Shown here piece after piece: positions 56,840 to 64,000 of a DNA stretch of 64,000 bases (within the stretch, counting starts at the first letter, position 1; each line of letters starts with the position of its first letter). The position numbers were made by a program, and so were the translations under genes. The DNA lies in assembly GCA_025594325.1 (NCBI GenBank), contig JANHCV010000010.1:372001-436000 (forward strand), written 5' to 3'. Source of the DNA: Blastocladiella emersonii ATCC 22665. Taxonomy: Eukaryota > Fungi > Blastocladiomycota. Under the pieces are notes generated by a model. It saw only the letters and a list, made by a program, of their open reading frames with translations, did not search any database and was not told the DNA's origin.

Positions 56840-58477
56840 TTACTCGGGCGCTGACAAAGGCGCCATGATATGGCTGATTTGCTCTGGAGTCTTCCCAACC
56901 CATGTTCTGTTGCCTCGCGACATGGTGATAGACGTGAGGCCCTGCGGCAAGTGGCCGGCCAGGATGCGCGCTCCAACGCTTGTGAACTCATTCGTGGAAG
57001 CGTCCAATCGAATCAAAGATGTTGGAAGCGCTGGCGCGAGGACGACAATCGCTGCATCGTTGAGGTTCGTGGAACCAACCCGCAAGCATTCAAGTCGCGG
57101 GGGCATGTTTTGCGCCAGTAGCTTAGCACCCTCCGATCCCAGGTCGCACCAGGTGAGGTCGAGATGTGTAAGAGTCCGAGGAAGTCGCGGAACCAACTCC
57201 AAGGCGCCCAGACGCGGGATCTTGCTCACGCCGAAGCTCAACAGAGTGAGGTGTTGGGGGAGCTCGCAGGCAAGCTCGCTAGCGGCTTCGTCCGTAACCA
57301 CGCTAAATTGGAGCGTGAGATTGCGTAGTGAAAAGGGCGCATTGCTGAGCGCATTCAAAATTTGAGGAGTCAGCTCGCTTGCTGTAACGTCCAGCGAAAC
57401 AAGGGAGCGCGGAAGCTCAACAAATGGCTCGCGAGCAGAACTGGTGGTAGTGGTTGAGATCTGTTCGGCTCCGGTCCTCGCGCAAGCAGTGATATGGCCA
57501 ATCGATAAGTGTTCGAGCGAGCTCGGAAGTCGCGCGACAGTAGAAGCGAAGCCTTCACTCGTCAAATCGCTGCCCTCTATGTCCAACCGCTGCAGCTGCG
57601 AAGGTAGAAATCGGACAAGCGAACAAAAGTCTCGATCGCTGAGCGAGCAATTCCACAGGGTCAGCGTCCGAAGCGTGTCGGGAAGTTCCCCGAGGAGAAG
57701 ATCAAGTGCACTCGTCAGGTTTCCCGAGGAGAAAGCGAGCGATTCCAGACCAGACGGCCACTGCATGATGGTGAGTGGGACAGACATGAGCACTGGAGAG
57801 AGAGTAAACCAGTGCGCATCGATCTCAGCTTCGCGCAATGACCCTGGAAACCGCATAGCGAGAAATCGAGGAAGATCGATCGTGCAGTATCCGACGGTAA
57901 CCGACCGAAGTGACTGGAAGGGGTGAGCCATGGCAGCGTTGAGCGCATCGACCCCGGCCATCGAAATAGGTTGCTCATCAAGATTGAGTTCAACGAGGGT
58001 ACCGGCAGCAATGTCGGTGCATAGCTCGTTGACGCCCTCGTCCACGGCGAGCAATGGACTTTCGTCGTCATTGTAGGGGTGTACTCCAAGTGCGATGTAG
58101 ACATGTGATGTGACCTCGCGCGCATCCAACCACGGCTTGATTTCGTTGGCATTGAGCGAGCCCGTTGTGCGCCACCATTCGAGGGCCTCGAGACGGCGGG
58201 AAGCGATAGCGAACTCCAAGGAGTCCAGCGAGCAGGTGAGCGGAACACCAAGCGACAACCACTTGTTCAAGATGAACACGTCGCCACGTTCCGTCGCCGC
58301 ATCGAGAGAGAGGTGGTAAGCGTGCATCAAGAGTGCACGCTCGACGCGCGGGGCTAGAGATCGCGGCAGCACCCGCGCACAGTGGAGAAAGCTGGCAGCA
58401 TCCGTGGACTTGATTCGCTCAATCGCATAAACAAGAATCCGCTCGATCACCTCGGGAACATGCATAGCCTGGAACAT
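56840..58477 (-). CDS. F-box-like/ankyrin-like/RNI-type LRR protein B4, intact, intronless, 545 aa
   Basis: HVPEVIERILVYAI..LSLDAATERGDVFILNKW..LEALEWWR, followed by LPxxLxxLxL repeats. Confidence 0.88.
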   Translation of the reverse strand: MFQAMHVPEVIERILVYAIERIKSTDAASFLHCARVLPRSLAPRVERALLMHAYHLSLDAATERGDVFILNKWLSLGVPLTCSLDSLEFAIASRRLEALEWWRTTGSLNANEIKPWLDAREVTSHVYIALGVHPYNDDESPLLAVDEGVNELCTDIAAGTLVELNLDEQPISMAGVDALNAAMAHPFQSLRSVTVGYCTIDLPRFLAMRFPGSLREAEIDAHWFTLSPVLMSVPLTIMQWPSGLESLAFSSGNLTSALDLLLGELPDTLRTLTLWNCSLSDRDFCSLVRFLPSQLQRLDIEGSDLTSEGFASTVARLPSSLEHLSIGHITACARTGAEQISTTTTSSAREPFVELPRSLVSLDVTASELTPQILNALSNAPFSLRNLTLQFSVVTDEAASELACELPQHLTLLSFGVSKIPRLGALELVPRLPRTLTHLDLTWCDLGSEGAKLLAQNMPPRLECLRVGSTNLNDAAIVVLAPALPTSLIRLDASTNEFTSVGARILAGHLPQGLTSITMSRGNRTWVGKTPEQISHIMAPLSAPE

Positions 58478-58605
58478 TTTGCATGGAGTTTACGTTGTGT
58501 TGGCGAACAGGTTTGATTGCTGCTGCGGAGAGGTGAGCAGCGGATGGCGAAGGCGAGCATCGGCAGGCAGCGTGGCGTTCGCGAGGCCCCCGCGTGGCCG
58601 CCGCA

Positions 58606-58626
58606 TCACATGATTGATCGACGCGT
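58606..58626 (-). promoter_or_regulatory. Bipartite element upstream of LRR gene B4
   Basis: Minus strand ACGCGT CGATCA ATCATGTGA, ending 129 bp before ATG 58477. Confidence 0.75.
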
Positions 58627-58971
58627 CTCCGATGCTCACCTTCGCGCGATATGCGGGTGCGCTGCGGATGACACCCTGCCGACGCATTGCGCGTTCAGAT
58701 TTTACAATAGGAAGCGCGGTCCTGCACTGTTGCGGGAAGACATCTTGCGCGTCGTTCACACAAGCGACGTGACGGTTCAATACGAATGTTCACCGCTTCT
58801 CACAGCGATCCGAGTGAGTTCCACCCTTAAGGCAGGATCTCTGAATGTAGGTTAGTGGAGGTTTGCGACGACGAAATTGTATTATGGACGCAGATAGGGA
58901 TATCCGCTTGATAGCGGCGATCGGGCAACGAGTTTGACAGGTTGGACATCAACGAGAACTGAGGCTCGTAA

Positions 58972-60633
58972 TTATTGCACTTGACGCAAGCGCGCAGCCG
59001 CCACTTCAAGCGCGGTTATGCCAACACGCGTTATTTCGTTGCGCTCAACAACAAGGCTCGTGAGAGATCTGGGAAGATGCTTGGCGAGGAAAAAAGCGCC
59101 AGCGTCCGTGATCTTGTTCTTGCACAAGTCTAGGCTGATGAGCGTGCCAGGAAGCGCTGGCGCGAGGGCAATCATGGCCGCGTCGTCGAGATTTGTGACG
59201 TAGAGATACAATTCCTGAAGCCGATGGGGCATGTACAGGGCGAGCATCTTGGCACCCTCGAAGCCAAGATTCGTGGAGGAGAGATCAAGGTAGGAAAGCG
59301 AAGGAGGAAGCCGTGGGATGAGGACCATAGTGCTCGAACGTGTAAGCTTACAGCCGCGGACGTCAAAGCGGGCGAGTTCGCGGGGAAGCACACTGGCAAG
59401 TTCGGCTATCGCGTCATATGGCGCATTCTTGGCCGGATTGCCCCAGATGGTAACGTCCTTGAGTGAAGGTCGAGGGAAGTTGCCAAGAGTGCAAAACAGT
59501 TGGCGTGTCAGCTCGACCCTTGAGACTGAGAGTGAATTGAGATTCATCGGAAGCGGACCCGATCCTTGGGCTTGCACAGGGTGGACCGGACTAGCTAAGG
59601 CAGCTGTCGGCGTGATTTCTGCCCCAGCGCGTAAGCCGCGTCGGTTTGCCACGCGACTAAACGAGATCCTTTTGAGCGAGGCTGGGAGAAGTGGTACAAT
59701 TGCAACAAAGCCAGCGCTGGTCACATCATTTTCGTCGAGTTCGAGCTCCAGAAGACACGTGGGCAGGGCTCGCACAAGTTTGTAAACGTCATGGTCGGTA
59801 AGGGCGCAGTTATTGACAGTGAGTGACTCGAGCATCGTGGGAAAGCCTTGTAAGAGGTATGTGACAGCAGCTGGTAACACAGCGGAGGTAAGCATGAGCG
59901 ATTTGAGGCCCGGTGGCCAGGCCATGGGCATTAGATGGGACTGTTGCGCCGGGAGGCTACCCAGCCAGTACGTCTCGAAGGTTGCGGAGTGCAGGGACGG
60001 TGGAAGCCGAGGGGCAAGCAAACGAGCAAGGTCAATCGTGGAGGCGTCGAACCGAATTGAGCGCAAAGCCTGTGCAGGGCTTGCCATGGCAGCGTTGAGC
60101 GCTTCGATTCCAGCCATCGAGACACGCATGCCCATCATTTCGACCTCCACGGTGCTACCATCGGCAATTTTAGCGCATAACTCGGCAATCCCCACGTCGA
60201 CAGCGAGACCGTCGGAAGCTAAACCTGAAGGCACGCCGAGGGTGACATAGGCATCGGTATGGTCCTCGTCGCGGCCCTCTAGCCACAGCTTGAGCTCGTC
60301 GACGTCAAGTGAGCCCGTCGCGCGCCACCACTCGAGAGTTTCGAGATGTCGCTCATCGACTGCAGCTGCTAGGGCTTCAAAGGAGCATTTGAGCGGGACT
60401 CCTAGTGCTGCCCATTTGTTGAGCACGACCAGGTCGCCACGCGCGGTCGCTGCGTCAAGAGAGAGATGTGCGGCGTGCTGTAGAAGTGCTCCCTCGACTC
60501 GCCGGGAAGCAGCCCGCAGCATCACTCGCGCATACTGCAAGAGCCCGGCAGCGTCGGCCGGGTCGCCGTGTTGACGGATGGCATAAACAAGAACTCGCTC
60601 ACACAAGTGAGGTAGATGCATGGCATGGATCAT
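58972..60633 (-). CDS. F-box-like/ankyrin-like/RNI-type LRR protein B5, intact, intronless, 553 aa
   Basis: HLPHLCERVLVYAI..LSLDAATARGDLVVLNKW..LETLEWWR plus LRRs; collinear with B4. Confidence 0.88.
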   Translation of the reverse strand: MIHAMHLPHLCERVLVYAIRQHGDPADAAGLLQYARVMLRAASRRVEGALLQHAAHLSLDAATARGDLVVLNKWAALGVPLKCSFEALAAAVDERHLETLEWWRATGSLDVDELKLWLEGRDEDHTDAYVTLGVPSGLASDGLAVDVGIAELCAKIADGSTVEVEMMGMRVSMAGIEALNAAMASPAQALRSIRFDASTIDLARLLAPRLPPSLHSATFETYWLGSLPAQQSHLMPMAWPPGLKSLMLTSAVLPAAVTYLLQGFPTMLESLTVNNCALTDHDVYKLVRALPTCLLELELDENDVTSAGFVAIVPLLPASLKRISFSRVANRRGLRAGAEITPTAALASPVHPVQAQGSGPLPMNLNSLSVSRVELTRQLFCTLGNFPRPSLKDVTIWGNPAKNAPYDAIAELASVLPRELARFDVRGCKLTRSSTMVLIPRLPPSLSYLDLSSTNLGFEGAKMLALYMPHRLQELYLYVTNLDDAAMIALAPALPGTLISLDLCKNKITDAGAFFLAKHLPRSLTSLVVERNEITRVGITALEVAAARLRQVQ

Positions 60634-60761
60634 TTTGCATTGAGTTTAGGGTGCGTCCACTTGCGGTATTCTGGGAAGTGCGAAGAGTGGCGGTCTGTCG
60701 GAGGACGGTGACTGACGGGGCGGCGAAAGCGAACGCCACAAACGTGGCTGTCGCCCTTGCA

Positions 60762-60782
60762 TCACATGATAGATCGACGCGT
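60762..60782 (-). promoter_or_regulatory. Bipartite element upstream of LRR gene B5
   Basis: Minus strand ACGCGT CGATCT ATCATGTGA, ending 129 bp before ATG 60633, the same distance as in B4. Confidence 0.75.
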
Positions 60783-61199
60783 CTCGCGCCTCGACACAAT
60801 TGCCAGTACCTCCATTGCCAGTACCTCCACCACTCACTCCGTTCGGGTGTCAACTGTGCGGGGCTTTGCCCAAGTGCCCTCTCGCCGCGATCACACGGCA
60901 CTCCAGGCGCGTCGTGGACGCGCGATGCAAGGAACTGCATGATTTGTGAACTGAGAGACACGGAACTCGCTTCAGATGTAGTGCAGACTGAGATCATGCT
61001 TCTGACTCGCATTACTCAAAGGGGCTCGAAAGGAAGAGTCGCGACGCGTCAGAACCACGCGTTGGGGCCATCACAACACGCCTTCTTCGCGCTTTTGTGC
61101 GTCTTCCTGCTCTTGAGGTGGATCAAGTCGACTACGGACGTGGCGGAGATAGCTGAAGGTCGCTGAACGCATCGTTGTTCAAGTTGCGGGAGCGACTCC

Positions 61200-62620
61200 T
61201 TGTGCAGCGAGTTGCGATCAAGCGCGCACAAACACGAACTGGCTCTAGTGATGGTGGCTTTGATCGAGCGCTAGCGCGACTTGATTGTGGGCGCTGATTA
61301 CTCTCAACATCGCCTCAATGCAGCATACGCGCACGTAGCGCGCATCGCCAGCGCGCTCGAGGCAACTGAGATCGGATTTCTGACAGACGCGTCAAAGCGA
61401 GCCACTCGCTCACAGCAGCATGCTGATATTCTCAATGAGCCGAAAAGGAAGTAGTCGGCGATCGTGAACTAATAACAGAATGTATCATGCACAACGAATG
61501 CACGCGAAGACTCGATCTCTACTAACGCATCGATCTTCCGCCAAGAAAGCACTCAACGATGATGGCGTTCGCGTCGCACGCTATGATCCAGCTTGAAAGC
61601 TCGAGCGAGCTCGCCTCCTTTGGCGCGGAACAACAGAGCTCGGATGAAGCGGATCTATGGTGGAAGGATCGCGAAAGGTCGACGCGAGTTACGGTGCCAC
61701 GGGATGTCGTTGACAGCGACACGAGACACTCTAGCGCAGATGGATGGATATCGTGTACGTCTTGATGCGCGCATGAGCGGAGCGCTTTGTCTCGCTCTTG
61801 TTCGCCTGATGAAAGTTGCTGACGGAGCGATCCTCATCGTCGTGCGAAACCCCGGAGAACGTGAGGATTGTCAAAATTGTACTGACGCACGCCCGTCGGT
61901 GGAAAGCTAGCATCAACGGTTCCAACCGCGGTCGCGACGGTTTGCTCAGCCGACTTTCTCTCGCCTCCAGTTGCTCGGCAGACCTCGACAAGGAGTTTTT
62001 AGTGAATCGATAACACGTTTCGCCGCTGTGCAGGTAGCAGGGGTCGAGGTAAGAAGCGGCCAGCAGCGCAGCAGATGAGCCGCGCGTGATTGCGCTGGAG
62101 CAAAGCCAGATGTGCGCTTCGCTCGTGATGAAATTCGCATCCCACGCCACCGAAACAGAGATACCGCGTAACCGCTCTTCGCGAGGGTTTAAGCGACTTC
62201 GTTGCACAACCCTCGCTTGGCACGACGTCCCTTGGCAAGTGAACAGGACGCGAGGGGTCGCCGGGCGGGCACAACGGCGGTATAGTGGCAGCAACGGCGG
62301 TCAAGAAAAACGAGTTTTTCGACACAAGGGGAAGAACTAGAACACAAATAGCGTATCCTTTAAGCGTGCGTCACCACGGGAAACAAGGCACTGAAAGGCC
62401 CAGGTACCGTGAAAGCGTCCCACAACACGCTGCTCCACTCGGCGAGCTCGCCTAAGCAGCACTTGTGCAATAGCAAGAGCAGAGTGCAAAAGCGGTGCCA
62501 GCGGAACACTCAAGTCAACGGCCGAGTCGAGCACAGCACGTCGCCGTGCGAGCGCCAACCAAAGGCGCCGAGGTGGGACAGGACCGGCGTGTCGTCGATT
62601 TCATGATTTATGGAATCCAT
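61200..62620 (-). pseudogene. Heavily decayed LRR family copy B6
   Basis: Start context ACTCTATGCAATG at 62620 resembles B3; IAQVLLRRARRVEQRVV resembles ARVMLRAASRRVEGAL of B5; LRR-like VTRVDLSRS..SELCCSAPK near 61650; many stops. Confidence 0.6.
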
Positions 62621-62776
62621 TGCATAGAGTAAATGAGCCTCATTAAATAAGGAGAGCAAACGGGAGGGGAGCGGAGCGGAAGCGAGAGCGAAGCGAAGTG
62701 GCGCAACGCGACACGGGGAGTGATGTCATTGGGAGCAACGTGACCAGCGTTGCCACGAAATCGCGGTCACTATAGC

Positions 62777-62837
62777 TTGGGCAAAGCCCCGCACCACTCA
62801 CTCCGGTCGGGTGTCAACTGTGCGGGGCTTTGCCCAA
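62777..62837. repeat. Perfect 18-bp hairpin stem with 25-nt loop
   Basis: TTGGGCAAAGCCCCGCAC (62777-62794) and GTGCGGGGCTTTGCCCAA (62820-62837). Confidence 0.85.
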
Positions 62838-63096
62838 AAGCCCTCTCGCCACGATCACCTGGCATTGGAGACGCGTTAATTGACGTGGGCTGCAAGGAAC
62901 TGCATGGTTTATGGACTGAGAGACACGGAACTCGTTTCAGGTGTAGCGCTGTCTGAGATCGTGCTTCGGATCTGTCGTATGTAGAGGGGCGTGAGTGAAA
63001 GAGTCGCAACGCGTCAGAACCGCGCGTTGGGGCCGTCACCGCACGTCTCCTTCTCGCTTCTGCTCGCCTTCCTGCTCATGGGCTAGATCAAGTCGG

Positions 63097-64000
63097 TTAC
63101 GGATGGGGCGGCGCAAGCTGGAGGCCTCCGGGCGGATCGCCTTTCCATCCTGTGCAGCGACTCCTTGTGCAGCGAACTGCGCTCACGCGCGCACAAACGC
63201 GGCCAGCCACGATTTGGTGATGGTCCTCTTGATGGAGCCCTGGCGCGCCTTGGTTGTGCGCGCCGAGTACCTTGTAAAGCGCCTCACTGCAGCATACGCG
63301 CACGTAGCGAGTAGCTCTAGCGCGCTCAAGGCAACTGAGATCTAGCGCGCTCAAGGCAACTGAAATCAGATTTGCGACGGACGCGTCAAGGTGAGCCGCT
63401 CGCTCACAACAGCATGCTGGTATTCTCGGCAAGCCGATATGGAAGTAGTTGGCAATCTTGAACGAAGGGCATGAACAAACTAAGCACAACGAATGCGCCC
63501 GGCGACTCGATATCGACCAACGCGTTGGTTTTCCGCCAAGAAAGCACCTAAGGACGATGGAGTTCGCGTCGCACGCTATGATCCAGATTGAGGCCTTGAG
63601 CGAGCTCGATTTCTTGGGCACGGAACAAGAGAGCTCGGATGAAGCGGACCTACGGTGGAAGGATCGCGAAGGATTGACGTCCGTTACGCTGCCAGGAAGG
63701 TATGTGACTAGTGCGAGCAAGTTGGCGCCCGAGAGTGCACAGCAGCTGACATTGAGGTATTGGAGGGTCGCGGAAAGATATTTGGCCATCGTTATCGCCG
63801 CTTCAGGATGAAACTGGTTCGAGGAAATGTCCAGGCTCTGGAGCGCCGGCGGAAAGAAAACTGCTGCTTTGACAAGCTCACAAGCAGGTGAGCGGAAAGT
63901 TAGGCTGCGCTGCTGTGCGCCTCTCGCGGCGGAAAGCGGCGGGCGAGGCATCATCAACTTGTCAAGGTTCGTGATGCGATCGCCGCTAAAATCGAGCTTT
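63097..64000 (-). pseudogene. LRR gene 3' portion B7 (decayed; continues beyond the window)
   Basis: FPPALQSLDISSNQF..YLSATLQYLNVSCCAL..YLPGSVTDVN are LRR units; the distal part is degenerate and paralogous to B6. Confidence 0.65.

Larger units (their letters stand above)
60828..63694. repeat. Diverged direct repeat of ~870-900 bp: 60828-61699 and 62792-63694
   Basis: Shared blocks in order: CACCACTCACTCCG, ACTGAGAGACACGGAACTCG, GCAGCATACGCGCACGTAGCG, TTCGCGTCGCACGCTATGATCCAG, GGTGGAAGGATCGCGAA. Copy 2 has a 25-bp tandem duplication at 63316-63365. Confidence 0.9.

Overview
Eukaryotic, intron-containing, very GC-rich DNA. It is most likely from a zoosporic (flagellated) fungus such as a Blastocladiomycota member; this is inferred from 57-77 nt introns with GTRCGY donors and CTRAC-like branch sites, fungal ERMES and Pkc1 genes, and an axonemal CFAP210-like gene. 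Core blocks with GC-ending codons hold CDC7 (0.2-1.9 kb); DDB1, CPSF2, ADA3, NDUFS2, PEX19, asparagine synthetase and separase (3.7-26.8 kb); and CFAP210, a bZIP gene, MMM1, MDM34, PKC1 and a 2-Cys peroxiredoxin (39.9-55.9 kb). Two visibly less GC-rich accessory islands (27-39.8 kb and 56.8-64 kb) carry at least 11 intact, lesioned or decayed copies of a gene family with an F-box-like helix, short ankyrin-like repeats and RNI-like LRRs; the first island also has a tandem double-forkhead gene. Main observations: (1) a fixed-spacing bipartite promoter element ACGCGT-N6-ATCATGTGA about 110-130 bp upstream of four LRR genes and the forkhead gene; (2) ERMES subunits MMM1 and MDM34 head-to-head 248 bp apart, each with a short uORF ending TGA-ACC just before its start codon; (3) an inverted duplicate of the separase 3' end, its flank and the next LRR gene 23 kb away, resembling an inversion-breakpoint scar; (4) four island genes each broken by one lesion. 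No tRNA, rRNA, CRISPR array or transposase was recognised. Exon coordinates were derived by hand and need RNA-seq confirmation.
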